Below are positions 8,674 to 18,170 of a stretch of DNA of 32,005 bases, piece after piece. Each line of letters starts with the position of its first letter. The first letter of the stretch is position 1. The position numbers were made by a program, and so were the translations under genes. The notes under the pieces are model-generated. The model saw only the letters and a list, made by a program, of their open reading frames with translations, had not been told where the DNA came from and ran no database searches. This stretch comes from an uncultured virus (IMG/VR IMGVR_UViG_3300013936_000020) (taxonomy: Duplodnaviria > Heunggongvirae > Uroviricota > Caudoviricetes): IMG/VR virus record IMGVR_UViG_3300013936_000020; one strand, written 5' to 3'.

Positions 8674-8838
8674 CTAAAATGCTTTATCCAGTTCCTTAAC
8701 CGCCTTGCGTCTGTCAGCGTTTCCTATTCGCTTCCACCACAAGGTATCTTGATGCTTTCTTTTATTGTCGCTCAGTCCGAGCTGACCAGCACGAAACCAA
8801 TAGGCTATCATGCCGAAAATGTCACGTTCCTTGCTCAT
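8674..8838 (-). CDS. Small hypothetical protein (54 aa, not in ORF track)
   Basis: ATG 8838 to TAG 8674 fills the gap exactly (MSKERDIFG..). Confidence 0.5.
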   Translation of the reverse strand: MSKERDIFGMIAYWFRAGQLGLSDNKRKHQDTLWWKRIGNADRRKAVKELDKAF

Positions 8839-8841
8839 AAT

Positions 8842-9078
8842 CTATATTTTCTTAAGTTTTAACATCTGCCCAGAAGAAGGACCAGCAGGGTTCTTGAAGA
8901 GATACTTTTTCCCCTTGAGCCAAGGAAACCTTTTATAGAACCTCTTCCACTGAGCCTTACTTGCTTTCAACCTTGGTACTCGTGTCGGTGAATACGAGCC
9001 ATCCTTCTCCATCAATTCCAACCCCATCAAGTCATAGTACGAGTATCCCAAGCTAATACGTTTCCTCTTATGTTTCAT
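8842..9078 (-). CDS. Basic hypothetical protein
   Basis: Tiles into the operon. Confidence 0.55.
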   Translation of the reverse strand: MKHKRKRISLGYSYYDLMGLELMEKDGSYSPTRVPRLKASKAQWKRFYKRFPWLKGKKYLFKNPAGPSSGQMLKLKKI

Positions 9079-9084
9079 AAGCTA

Positions 9085-9330
9085 TCATTTACTTTTTATG
9101 AACTCACCATCCTTGAAGTCATACCACTCATACTTATTGCTTTCGTTGTATGCGTTCTTGTCATAGTGAGAGATAACTAATTGCAGTTTCACCTCCTTCT
9201 TGTCTCTTGCAAATTCTGCGGCGTGAATGAAGATGCCGTTGCGGTCGTTGATGAATATCTGCTTCATACGACCTCCTTCTTTCTCGTCACGCCACCATAG
9301 GTTTCCGTGATATTCTGTAAATGGTCTCAT
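9085..9330 (-). CDS. Hypothetical protein
   Basis: ATGA-coupled to the upstream ORF. Confidence 0.6.
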   Translation of the reverse strand: MRPFTEYHGNLWWRDEKEGGRMKQIFINDRNGIFIHAAEFARDKKEVKLQLVISHYDKNAYNESNKYEWYDFKDGEFIKSK

Positions 9331-9521
9331 AAGCTTTTCCTTTTTCTAAAAATGATTCTTATCGCCTTAGCGATGCGATGGTCTTTTTTCTTCCACTTAT
9401 GCTTTTCCCAATAGCTTTGCACATTAGGAAGCTCTCGCCAAAATAGCCAAGGATTTTTCCTGTATCTCCGAGGCTGCCTATAGCACGATTTCATTATTTT
9501 CCTTGCTTGTCTAACTTTCAT
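9327..9521 (-). CDS. Basic hypothetical protein (MKVRQARKI type)
   Basis: Tiles into the operon. Confidence 0.55.
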   Translation of the reverse strand: MKVRQARKIMKSCYRQPRRYRKNPWLFWRELPNVQSYWEKHKWKKKDHRIAKAIRIIFRKRKSL

Positions 9522-9524
9522 GTG

Positions 9525-9704
9525 CTACTTCCATTTTCGTTTAGTCAATATATGTAAGTCTAAATTCCAAAAAAGGAAGGCTATACAGATATGATAATGA
9601 ACACAATTACATTCTGTATATCTTGATACCCAAAAACTTGGTATCAAATGAATTAGCCAATCACTTCCAAGCATAGTGTAATTAAACTCGAATTTCGTTT
9701 TCAT
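9525..9704 (-). CDS. Small hypothetical protein (59 aa, not in ORF track)
   Basis: ATG 9704 to TAG 9525 fills the gap exactly. Confidence 0.45.
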   Translation of the reverse strand: MKTKFEFNYTMLGSDWLIHLIPSFWVSRYTECNCVHYHICIAFLFWNLDLHILTKRKWK

Positions 9705-9706
9705 TT

Positions 9707-10087
9707 CTACACCTCCTTGTCGAACTTTGACATTAACACTACAATGCGTTTGTATTTAGAAACAACTAACCCAAAAGGGACTAATCCGTTTTTTGCTCCA
9801 TTAAGAAACTTACAATCAAATCTCTTTAGTCTGTCATTCCATACTGTTTCAACAACACTTCCTGTCTCTAAGTTAGATATGATGTCACCAACATAAATAT
9901 CTTTCCCATTCATATCCTTTTCACCTGTGTACTGGCAGACGGTGGAAGGGTCAACAACATGTGAGCCTCCATTAATAGGAGCAATCATAGTCACTTTTTC
10001 TGCATGAAGCAAGTCACCTTCCACCCATTCTTTGTTATCAAGTCTCTTTGCCTTGAAACGAATATCTTCCAATCTCATATTAGTCAT
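9707..10087 (-). CDS. YopX family protein
   Basis: IRFKAKRLDNKEWVEG..VDPSTVCQYTGEKDMNGKDIYVGDI. Confidence 0.85.
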   Translation of the reverse strand: MTNMRLEDIRFKAKRLDNKEWVEGDLLHAEKVTMIAPINGGSHVVDPSTVCQYTGEKDMNGKDIYVGDIISNLETGSVVETVWNDRLKRFDCKFLNGAKNGLVPFGLVVSKYKRIVVLMSKFDKEV

Positions 10088-10284
10088 TTTAATACATATT
10101 CCAAATCAAATACAAAATCTCCTAACAAGTCTATTTTCTTTCTTATTAGTTCTGCTTCCAAATCAAACTTGTGTTCAACACAAAAATTTAATTCACTCAA
10201 CAGTTTATCTCTTTCAGACTTCCATTTAGCCAAAAGCTCATTTTTTTCTATCTTTTCCATATCACTCTTCTTTAAGTTCAACAA
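10084..10284 (-). CDS. Hypothetical protein
   Basis: Stop overlaps the YopX start. Confidence 0.5.
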   Translation of the reverse strand: MLNLKKSDMEKIEKNELLAKWKSERDKLLSELNFCVEHKFDLEAELIRKKIDLLGDFVFDLEYVLK

Positions 10285-10472
10285 TAGACAAGCTCAACTG
10301 GCTTATCGTTAAAACTCAGTTCTCTTCCTATCAGCTTCTTGATTGAGCCTTTGGGAAGTACAACTAAATTATAATAACCACCTGTAATCCATAATGAACC
10401 ATTCTTAGTTTTTGTAAGTTTTGCATCAGAAATAATTTCATTGCCCTTCTCATTTACAGCAACCCATGCCAT
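10278..10472 (-). CDS. Small hypothetical phage protein
   Basis: MAWVAV..LPKGSIKKLIGRELS..PVEL pattern recalled from Bacteroidales phages. Confidence 0.65.
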   Translation of the reverse strand: MAWVAVNEKGNEIISDAKLTKTKNGSLWITGGYYNLVVLPKGSIKKLIGRELSFNDKPVELVYC

Positions 10473-10474
10473 AA

Positions 10475-10834
10475 CTATTTCTCCTCTACTTTAACACCAA
10501 ATGTAGCACCATCGGCAAATGTGTATTCCTTGATAGCCTCTGAATATAATATGTTATCATTGATATCAGTTATTATACTATACTCATTCTCACCAATTAG
10601 TTTAGTCCACCCAAACGGCTGATGCTTCAACATTTCTTTCCAGCACTCCTCTGCGTTGGCAAAAGGACGATACTTTGGAGATGGCTTGATGCGAAATTTC
10701 ATACCTCCATCTAACTCCAAATCTTCTATGTCCATCCAAGGTGATTTAAGACCTTTATAAATACCTTCAATCTGCCCACCTTCTGCAAAAGCTTGCAAGA
10801 TAGGCAATAGTTGCCTTGCTTCATCACGTGTCAT
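10475..10834 (-). CDS. Hypothetical phage protein
   Basis: QAFAEG..YRPFANAEECWKEMLKHQPFGW..TFADG pattern. Confidence 0.7.
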   Translation of the reverse strand: MTRDEARQLLPILQAFAEGGQIEGIYKGLKSPWMDIEDLELDGGMKFRIKPSPKYRPFANAEECWKEMLKHQPFGWTKLIGENEYSIITDINDNILYSEAIKEYTFADGATFGVKVEEK

Positions 10835-10836
10835 TG

Positions 10837-11016
10837 TTAATCCTCCTTATCCTTTAACTGCTCTTTAAGACAATTAATGATTATCTGCTTATCCTCATTT
10901 TCTTTAACTACATTTTTGTATTCCTTGATGAGGTTGTTAATTACACTCTGTTTACCAAGTCTATAACAGAGAAAGTACCCCATAACAACATTCATTAATA
11001 CTAATACTACTATCAT
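10837..11016 (-). CDS. Small membrane-anchored coiled-coil protein
   Basis: Start reassigned to ATG 11016 to avoid overlap; N-terminal TM. Confidence 0.5.
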   Translation of the reverse strand: MIVVLVLMNVVMGYFLCYRLGKQSVINNLIKEYKNVVKENEDKQIIINCLKEQLKDKED

Positions 11017-11066
11017 ACCTCTTTCTATTTGCCCTCTCCCTGCTGTCACCAAGGAGAGGTGGTTAG

Positions 11067-11375
11067 TTAATCTGTTACTACTTCCCAATCTTCTGCAAAC
11101 ACATCTGATACAGAAGGAACCCAAGAATCTGCTCTACCATCGGGGTTGATAATCAGCATCTGATTAGTATAGTCAATGTGTGGATTCTCACGCTTCATCA
11201 AGATGTCCTTTGCCGACTGAGGAAGAGACTGCATCTTAGGGATGATGTCACCTGTAATGTGTGCAGGAACTTGCTTCACGACAAACAGACCTTTACCATT
11301 CCAACCACTACGGCGAATAGCTTCACCTTTCTTTAAGTGCTCAATAGCACAACCAAAATTAATTTTTTCTTTCAT
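11067..11375 (-). CDS. DUF2829 / Tad2-like anti-defence sponge protein
   Basis: FG.AI..LK.G..I.RSGWNGKG and WVPS..DV.AEDW motifs. Confidence 0.85.
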   Translation of the reverse strand: MKEKINFGCAIEHLKKGEAIRRSGWNGKGLFVVKQVPAHITGDIIPKMQSLPQSAKDILMKRENPHIDYTNQMLIINPDGRADSWVPSVSDVFAEDWEVVTD

Positions 11376-11544
11376 ATCACTACTATTTAGCCCGAAGGCT
11401 GTTAAACGTTTAATCTTCTATTTATAATCCGTATAACCTCTTGTATGTGCATAGCCTCTGTGCTGGTACTTGCATACCGATTGTTATATAAGGATAACAT
11501 ATTTTTAAGTTGAATTAAATTTTGTCTTGTAAGATGGTTCATAT

Positions 11545-11958
11545 CTATACCTCCATTTCTGATTTTAAGCCCAATCCGAAGAGAAGATGCTGCAAGGTAT
11601 GTACGTAAGGTATTTCAAAAGAATACGCAGACCAATACAAATCATCAAACTTAAATTTCTCCTCTAACTTATCATACTTAATGTAAATATCATCTTTATA
11701 GTATTGGTATAAAGATGTGCCTATATTAGTATACTTCCACCCATTCTTTTTAAGAACATCTGATACAAGCTTGATAGGAGCTATATTTTCTTCTTCAAGC
11801 CAAAGTCTCTCCCCTGTGTCTTTTATTTTCATAACACATTTTCCTTTATGGCTTAAATCATATCCAACAAATTCACAAATGAGCCCTTTTGGATATTGGC
11901 AATTATACTTTGGGTCTGTCATTACCAAATCTCCAGGGATATATAAATTTTGTTCCAT
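11545..11958 (-). CDS. Hypothetical phage protein
   Basis: YIPGDLV..PIKL..LKKNGW..YVHTLQHLL pattern. Confidence 0.7.
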   Translation of the reverse strand: MEQNLYIPGDLVMTDPKYNCQYPKGLICEFVGYDLSHKGKCVMKIKDTGERLWLEEENIAPIKLVSDVLKKNGWKYTNIGTSLYQYYKDDIYIKYDKLEEKFKFDDLYWSAYSFEIPYVHTLQHLLFGLGLKSEMEV

Positions 11959-11960
11959 AC

Positions 11961-12149
11961 TTACTTTCCTTTCTCAACGAATATTACATTCTTGCCATCT
12001 GAACGATTACCGCTTTCACACATTAGGAAACAAGCTCCCCTCACTGGTGTGTCAAAGAAGAAACACCCTTCGCAAGGATGCTTTGGGTTGTTAAATGTAT
12101 TCTCCTTAACCTCCAAGATGATTTCTTCACCAATCTTATATTCTTTCAT
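11961..12149 (-). CDS. Small Cys-rich protein
   Basis: CEGCFF..C...C..RSDGKNVIF. Confidence 0.65.
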   Translation of the reverse strand: MKEYKIGEEIILEVKENTFNNPKHPCEGCFFFDTPVRGACFLMCESGNRSDGKNVIFVEKGK

Positions 12150-12331
12150 TTCTCACCTCCTATCTTGTCAAGTTTGTCACAAATAAATGAAGAACTCATA
12201 GCACATGCAATCGCCAATGGTATGCGCCATAGTGAATACTCGCTTACTCCAGTATATTCAACCAGGTTGTTGTATAGGGCAAATACCAAGACCATATAAC
12301 AAATAAAATACTTAGTCAATGTCCAAATCAT
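12146..12331 (-). CDS. Small two-TM membrane protein
   Basis: Two hydrophobic helices; ATGA-coupled on both sides. Confidence 0.55.
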   Translation of the reverse strand: MIWTLTKYFICYMVLVFALYNNLVEYTGVSEYSLWRIPLAIACAMSSSFICDKLDKIGGEK

Positions 12332-13047
12332 TTTTCACCTCCTTTATAATCTTTAGTTGTACCTATCAGTTTTGCTGTTTCCTCGTTGTAAGGGAGGCAA
12401 TAGCTAAAACCGTAACAGCAATTTATTGTTACAAATCTATTCCCTTTCATGTGGCTGAACAGACTTGCTACCCAAGTATCAGCATCTTCATCCCTAACAA
12501 TAACCTTGTCAAATGGCTTAGGAGTCCACTTTGGCTTGTTTGGCTCAATCTCCAAGGTCTCCATGTTGAGCTTGCCATCAAGTCTCTCTTCAATGGTGTT
12601 GAGGTAATATTCCCCTGACTCTTCATCTTCCTTCATGAACAAAGAAGTCAAAGGCTGGTTCTCTGACAGATACTTGATGTTATTCTCATTCCTGCCATCC
12701 AACCAATGTTTTGCCCTGAATTGAGTATAGTCATCATTATACCAGCCTTCAAAGAAACATTCACATGTGTCCTCATTGTTAACCAGTACATCGCCTTTCT
12801 TCCAGGCGAACTTACCCCAGTCCCTCATGGCATTGGAAGGAAAGAGCATAGAAACTCCATTTCGATTATATCTCCCATCTGCCATGAAGGTCTGATGAAT
12901 TTGACCTTCGTCTGTTACGAAGATGGTATATTCACCCAAGTCTTTTTCAACCTTATCAAATGTTACATCACCAAAAATAGGTGAGTATAACTTCGTGCCT
13001 TTTGGCTTATTCTTCAATATCTCTGCTATGTTAATTTCCTTTTCCAT
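12328..13047 (-). CDS. Modular hypothetical phage protein
   Basis: INIAEILK..GTKLYSPIFG N-terminus and KPFDKVIVRD..CLPYNEETAKL C-terminus. Confidence 0.75.
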   Translation of the reverse strand: MEKEINIAEILKNKPKGTKLYSPIFGDVTFDKVEKDLGEYTIFVTDEGQIHQTFMADGRYNRNGVSMLFPSNAMRDWGKFAWKKGDVLVNNEDTCECFFEGWYNDDYTQFRAKHWLDGRNENNIKYLSENQPLTSLFMKEDEESGEYYLNTIEERLDGKLNMETLEIEPNKPKWTPKPFDKVIVRDEDADTWVASLFSHMKGNRFVTINCCYGFSYCLPYNEETAKLIGTTKDYKGGEK

Positions 13048-13208
13048 AATTTTAGTTTCTTAATAAGTGACACTTAACAACCTTGTTAACAAGATGAGGT
13101 TGCTTTTTATTTATCTCGTCAACAATCCTTTGTTCCAGCTCGGATTGTGTCTCCCACCGCTTTCGCTTCGGGATGGTTAATGTGTCGGCAACAATTCTGC
13201 TGCCTTCG

Positions 13209-13451
13209 CTAAAGGTCAATACCATCTTCATATTCTTCGTCTGTCAATATAATTTCATTATTTAATAGGCAAGCAGAGACATCTACTACCCTTGCATCAT
13301 TTCCAAGCATATTAGATAGCCATCCGCTGTTGTCTAAGACATCCTCGATGTTAGCCTCATTGATTGAGTGTTCGGAATCCATTTCCTCGTCAACGACTAT
13401 AGTCATAGAAACTTGGAATGTCTTTCTTCTCTTCTTAACAAGATTTGCCAT
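13209..13451 (-). CDS. Acidic hypothetical protein
   Basis: 80 aa, D/E-rich; tiles into the operon. Confidence 0.55.
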   Translation of the reverse strand: MANLVKKRRKTFQVSMTIVVDEEMDSEHSINEANIEDVLDNSGWLSNMLGNDARVVDVSACLLNNEIILTDEEYEDGIDL

Positions 13452-13453
13452 AA

Positions 13454-13639
13454 TTATTCCACCACTTTATAAATTACACTTTTCTTGTCCTTTCTCTCGG
13501 CTCGGCTACACTTGAACTGCTTACAAAAGTCGTCATACAAACTTCTTGCTATCTCGTCAAAAAAGCAGCCGTCGCAACTATTGTTTAGCGACTCCATAAC
13601 CTCCAACGTGAGGCGAGAACCAACTGGGATTTCTTCCAT
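13454..13639 (-). CDS. Small Cys-rich protein, paralog of 11961-12149
   Basis: CDGCFF..C...C..RKDKKSVIY. Confidence 0.65.
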   Translation of the reverse strand: MEEIPVGSRLTLEVMESLNNSCDGCFFDEIARSLYDDFCKQFKCSRAERKDKKSVIYKVVE

Positions 13640-13641
13640 AA

Positions 13642-14001
13642 CTAAACCTTTTTGTGTTTCAACTCTTCCAAGTCGTGTTTTAAACGCTCGTGGAAATTGT
13701 CCTCACCATCATCACCACTCAGAAGCCAGTCGATACGTTGCGCATAGACCTCTGCTTTCTTCAACAAGGCGATTCCTTTCTTAAACTCTCTGATTGTCTC
13801 TTTGGAGTAACCAGACGCATTCGGCATCGTATGATGATGTTTCTTGATGTACTCCATTTCTTTGTCATCGAGCCAATGGTCTTCGATGTATCTACTGATT
13901 TCATATTCATCTTCCAAAGAATGTCCATAAATCTCATCCTCAATCTCTGTGTATATGTCAGCGATTCTGTACTGAGCATATTCAAAAGCCCCTCCACTCA
14001 T
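13642..14001 (-). CDS. Hypothetical phage protein
   Basis: MSGGAFEY..RIDWLLSGDDGE pattern. Confidence 0.7.
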   Translation of the reverse strand: MSGGAFEYAQYRIADIYTEIEDEIYGHSLEDEYEISRYIEDHWLDDKEMEYIKKHHHTMPNASGYSKETIREFKKGIALLKKAEVYAQRIDWLLSGDDGEDNFHERLKHDLEELKHKKV

Positions 14002-14003
14002 AA

Positions 14004-14927
14004 TTATTCTCTTTTAAGTTTAAGTTGTCTCATCTTAGCCTTGATTGCGCCGACAGAGCGACCAAGAGCCTTGGCGAGTTCTTCGTCGCCCATCTTGTCG
14101 TAGTTGCGAGCCAAGAAATTCACCTGTATGTTATTCCACGGAAGGAACGAGTTGTTCTGGTGTTCCTCTCCGTCGTAATCGACGCCATTCAACTTCAGTC
14201 CATCGTCAGCCGCTCTTTTAATCCGTTCCAAGTCACAAACCTTTAGCGCAAGGACTTCGAGAGCCTTGAAAATCGCACCACCCTCCTTGAAATACTCAGC
14301 GTCCTTGTCAGGAATAATCATATCGGCGACCTCACGCATACTTGAATACATACCGAACATCGGTTGCAGGAAGGCTTGACTTGGCTTTACTCCAGGAATG
14401 CTGAAACCGAGATTGCTCATCACTTCGTCGTATCGTTGGCTTAGGTCGTGCAACATGATTGAAAGGTTGTAGGCGACAACAGTCTGCGATTGCAGCTTGT
14501 GTTCCTTGATGTCATGCTTTAGCAGGATGTTGTCGGTTGTGTAGAATAGCCTCATAACGTCAGCCTTCAAGTCTTCCTCCATGCTGTCAGTAATATCAAG
14601 CCATAACTGATATTGGGATATTTTGCTTGTGTGCGTCTTGAAGACATTCATTAGGCTCTCGGAACGCAGAAATGCTTCCTTGATGCGGTATTTTAGTGTA
14701 TGCCTAAATAAGTCCTTTCTTTGCGACAGCATGTCAAGCAAATCTTTTATTGAAGTCTGCGTTATCTCAGCGAGCGAGCCAATCATCATGTAGTAGAGTG
14801 ACGTAACCCTATCTATTGTCCGTTGGCTTGGAACTTTTACAGGCACTCCTGCGAGCACAGGTCTCGATGTGTTTGGATTCCAATTCATCTGCATAGGCTT
14901 ACATTTTGTTTTCGACCGCCAACGCAC
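14004..14927 (-). CDS. Helical protein with C-terminal HTH-like domain (true start probably slightly downstream)
   Basis: C-terminal W...QVNFL..Y..MGDEELAKALGRSVGAIKAK. Confidence 0.7.
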   Translation of the reverse strand: MRWRSKTKCKPMQMNWNPNTSRPVLAGVPVKVPSQRTIDRVTSLYYMMIGSLAEITQTSIKDLLDMLSQRKDLFRHTLKYRIKEAFLRSESLMNVFKTHTSKISQYQLWLDITDSMEEDLKADVMRLFYTTDNILLKHDIKEHKLQSQTVVAYNLSIMLHDLSQRYDEVMSNLGFSIPGVKPSQAFLQPMFGMYSSMREVADMIIPDKDAEYFKEGGAIFKALEVLALKVCDLERIKRAADDGLKLNGVDYDGEEHQNNSFLPWNNIQVNFLARNYDKMGDEELAKALGRSVGAIKAKMRQLKLKRE

Positions 14928-15059
14928 AGACGAGGCAGGAAATCATCAATACCATCAACCAGACGTGCTCGATTGCGAAGAACACCATCGCAATTCCTGC
15001 CAACGCTGCGGAGGCTATCAGCAGGAACATTACTATAATATGCTTATATTTCTTCATCG

Positions 15060-15362
15060 TTATCGTACCTCCTTTCCGTCGTCATACACAGCCTTGTAGC
15101 TGTCAAGTTGCTGTGATACGTGAACCAACTTGTGATTGTAGCTATCTCGTTCCGCTCTCGCCTTGCTGATGAAGATGAAGCTAACGATGAACGCTACGAC
15201 TATCGTTGCCACGATGAACACCCAAGGCAGCTTGTAAACCGCCTTGTTGATTGCCCTGCCGACGTTGCGAAAGAACACCCCTGTGTAGAGGATTGAGTAA
15301 ACGAACGCCTCCTTGGTGGTTGCGTTGGTTACGAAACTGATTTTGTCTTCTTTCTGTGCCAT
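15060..15362 (-). CDS. Membrane-anchored hypothetical protein
   Basis: Central TM helix. Confidence 0.6.
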   Translation of the reverse strand: MAQKEDKISFVTNATTKEAFVYSILYTGVFFRNVGRAINKAVYKLPWVFIVATIVVAFIVSFIFISKARAERDSYNHKLVHVSQQLDSYKAVYDDGKEVR

Positions 15363-15486
15363 AATTCCAAAAATTATTAGTTATCGTTTTCTACTGCACC
15401 AGTTAGATGTTGATTGCCAGTACCCTGCCAGCCAAATCTCCTTCGGTGTCGCCTTCGGGTGGTCTCTAAGCCACTCGTCGGCTTGT

Positions 15487-16164
15487 TCATTTACGTTCGC
15501 CATTGTCTGCTCGTTTTGATTCTTGCTTTACTTTGTCTTGAAGACCGCCCAAGGGATTTGATGTTACGTCACGACCTTTGAGCTTGCAATACTCTTCCCA
15601 GGATATAGCTTTTTTCTTCGCCTCGATAGCCTCTTGTTTCTGTTTCTCGGCAAGTTTCTCACTATCAACCATAGCACGTTGCTCAAACAAGATGTATGAG
15701 TAATCTTTGAGACCAATCAGAACGTCTTGCGGATTGACGGTACGACCTGCGTACAGCTTGCCGTAATCCCCAAGCGAGAAGCAATAGAAGAAATGTGTAA
15801 GCTCGGCAGGAGTAAGATGATAGTACTCTTGTCTTATCCTCGCTGCAATGCCGTTCACCTGATAGACAGTGACGGATTCAAAAGCACCGAGGAACGTGAA
15901 TAGTTCGATGAGCATCTTCTTTACCCACCACTCGCTTGCTCCATCGGAAAACTTGTTGTCAATTTCCACGAGGGAAAGACCTCCTTGTTCCACCGCTTGG
16001 TGTGCGGTCGTTATCATATCCTTGCGCTTCGATAATGCAGGATATTGCCAAAGGAAATCCATATATCCCTTGCCGAACCTTTCGACAGCCGCTGCGATGT
16101 CAGCTTGTGAGGATTGCTGCTGCCTTGTTAATTGATTGCTGTTGTCTTGCATAACTATTAACAC
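15487..16164 (-). CDS. Replication-module protein (helicase-loader position)
   Basis: Follows the initiator-like gene; YYHLTPAELTHFF..GDYGKLY motif; function inferred from position. Confidence 0.55.
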   Translation of the reverse strand: MLIVMQDNSNQLTRQQQSSQADIAAAVERFGKGYMDFLWQYPALSKRKDMITTAHQAVEQGGLSLVEIDNKFSDGASEWWVKKMLIELFTFLGAFESVTVYQVNGIAARIRQEYYHLTPAELTHFFYCFSLGDYGKLYAGRTVNPQDVLIGLKDYSYILFEQRAMVDSEKLAEKQKQEAIEAKKKAISWEEYCKLKGRDVTSNPLGGLQDKVKQESKRADNGERK

Positions 16165-16507
16165 TATTGTCTTTAGGAGCGAACAAGCCTGTGTAGTTGT
16201 TGCCCATCGAGAAATCCACTATCTGCTTTGCGTATTCGGGGTTTCCTCCGCTCATTTGCAGTAGTTTCTTCTTTAGGGCTGCAAGTCCACGTGGCTTGTA
16301 GGACTGTTTCTTTTCTTTCTTGTATGCCAACCACTCGTCCAGTGCCTCTTGACACGGATAATCGCCTTGTGGCGGCTCTTCTACTTGGAAATCTGATAAG
16401 TCATACCCAAGAGCGAAAGCAGCCCCTATACAGAAGATTCTCTGCTTCTCTCGGTCGTTGGGATATAACTCGCTTGATTTCTGTCTTACTTCTTTAGGTA
16501 GTATCAT
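16100..16507 (-). CDS. Replication initiator-like protein (C-terminal domain type)
   Basis: WLAYKKEKKQSYK..AKQIVDFSMGNNYTGLF resembles the C-terminus of phage replisome organisers. Confidence 0.55.
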   Translation of the reverse strand: MILPKEVRQKSSELYPNDREKQRIFCIGAAFALGYDLSDFQVEEPPQGDYPCQEALDEWLAYKKEKKQSYKPRGLAALKKKLLQMSGGNPEYAKQIVDFSMGNNYTGLFAPKDNSVNSYARQQQSINKAAAILTS

Positions 16508-16947
16508 ACGCCTAAGTATTTTTGTTGATTTTCTACATCATTCTGAATGTGAAGCAAGGCGATATACTCGTCAGAGGAAGGAAAGTCAAATCCTGTTTCC
16601 TCCTTAGACCAAGCACGAAAGTTGTCTATTGACTTACTCATTTCGTCCTGTGTTAGGTCGGCAGAGGAACGTAGGTAAGTGTAAATCTCGCCTGTGAACT
16701 TATCTATTCCCTCTCTGACGAATATATCCTTGTTTGCGGTCAGCTTATAGAAATGAGTTTTAGTTTCCTCTAACGAATAACCAAACTGCAAGCCGAAATA
16801 AGATAGCATTAAATGTAAATATTTCAGCTGTTGAAGCGATTTTGGACGCTTCTCTGTCAATTCAACGATGCTACCTTTGTTCTGTAACTCCACGCATCGG
16901 TCTCTGAACTTTTGAAGCTCGATGCCATTCTTTAAGTTGTACCACAT
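16504..16947 (-). CDS. NinB/Orf-like recombination mediator
   Basis: KSLQQLKYLH..RSSADLTQDEMSKSIDNF; located in the recombination module. Confidence 0.6.
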   Translation of the reverse strand: MWYNLKNGIELQKFRDRCVELQNKGSIVELTEKRPKSLQQLKYLHLMLSYFGLQFGYSLEETKTHFYKLTANKDIFVREGIDKFTGEIYTYLRSSADLTQDEMSKSIDNFRAWSKEETGFDFPSSDEYIALLHIQNDVENQQKYLGV

Positions 16948-16995
16948 ATCTCACAATTAAATGCTTGTTTAATCATTTCGACCTTGCGTCTTACC

Positions 16996-17475
16996 TCAAA
17001 AAGGCAGCGAATCTGCACTCTGTCCTGCTTGACCTTGTTGTGGTTGCTGAGGAGGGAAAGGCTGACCGTTAGGCACTGCGCTACGCATAGCCTGTTGTGC
17101 GGCTTGCTGCGGTGCTTGCGCTCCTGCGGCAGGGTTGTTCGCACTCCACTGCTGACCGCCTTGTTTGTAGCCTCCTTGTGGTTGTTGATAACCTTGCTGA
17201 CCTCCAGGCTGTGGTCGCTGAACGTTCCAAGCCTGTACGCTGTTGAACCATTTCTGATTGTATTCCCTTGCGTTGATGTCGAACTGAACGTTAAGCATTT
17301 CTCCAACTTGGATATTAAATTGGTCTATCTTTTCGTTTACAACATCGAATGCGAGTTTCTTTGGGTACTGTTCCTGTGTTTCGAGAACGTATGTGATACT
17401 TCTCCATTGATTGCCTCTTGCAGAAGTACCGCTTCGTTCTGGTAACGCTACTATAATTTTTCCGAATAATTCCAT
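16996..17475 (-). CDS. DUF3127-family ssDNA-binding protein
   Basis: OB-fold-like N-terminus (FDINAREY..KWFNSVQAW), Q/G/P linker, DSLPF tail. Confidence 0.85.
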   Translation of the reverse strand: MELFGKIIVALPERSGTSARGNQWRSITYVLETQEQYPKKLAFDVVNEKIDQFNIQVGEMLNVQFDINAREYNQKWFNSVQAWNVQRPQPGGQQGYQQPQGGYKQGGQQWSANNPAAGAQAPQQAAQQAMRSAVPNGQPFPPQQPQQGQAGQSADSLPF

Positions 17476-17477
17476 AA

Positions 17478-18170
17478 CTATTTGCTGATTATTTCTTCAA
17501 TGAATTGATTTGCGAGGATAACACGCTCTTCCATAAGTTTGATGTCCTCCTCGTTACGTTCAATGTCCGCCCAGTGGATAGGCTTTGAGAGCCAAGGGCA
17601 ATACGTAATGAAGATTCCGCTCTTTGCGTTTGTGCAGCTCATTTCAGCCATTATCTGCCAATAGTACTTCGGCTCTGTGTCTTTGAGTGAGGCTGCATCG
17701 TGGATATAAGTACGGTACTTCATGTAAGTATTGAGGTTCGGACACTTGACTTCAAGAATGCGAATATCCTTACCATCACGACCATATATTGCACCATCAG
17801 GACTTGCGGCGAAATGAGGTATCGTGTCGTGCTTGCAGGAAGAAAGCTCTACAATCTCGCTTTCTGGAAATTCCATATTCTGAAAAAGCCTAAGTGCTTC
17901 ATCTTCCTGTTCCGATCCCCACTGCATCGCCTTGGTGGTGAAAGATGTTTGGTCGAGGTAGTCTTGGAAGGCATCATCGTCATTCAAGAAATCGGGATTA
18001 AAGAGGCGTTCGGCTGCGACCTGCATAAGATACGACTTAGCCGTGTCACTCCAAACTTCATCTTTCTTGCGACCAGACTTCATAATGTCGGCTACCTTGC
18101 TCCCACAAATTGAACCGATGCGACTACGAAACCATTCCAACGAACGTTGCTCAATACCCTCTGCTATCAT
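17478..18170 (-). CDS. YqaJ / lambda-exonuclease family recombination nuclease
   Basis: QRSLEWFRSR, AMQWGSEQE, ASPDG, LEVKCP, YYWQ. Confidence 0.92.
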   Translation of the reverse strand: MIAEGIEQRSLEWFRSRIGSICGSKVADIMKSGRKKDEVWSDTAKSYLMQVAAERLFNPDFLNDDDAFQDYLDQTSFTTKAMQWGSEQEDEALRLFQNMEFPESEIVELSSCKHDTIPHFAASPDGAIYGRDGKDIRILEVKCPNLNTYMKYRTYIHDAASLKDTEPKYYWQIMAEMSCTNAKSGIFITYCPWLSKPIHWADIERNEEDIKLMEERVILANQFIEEIISK

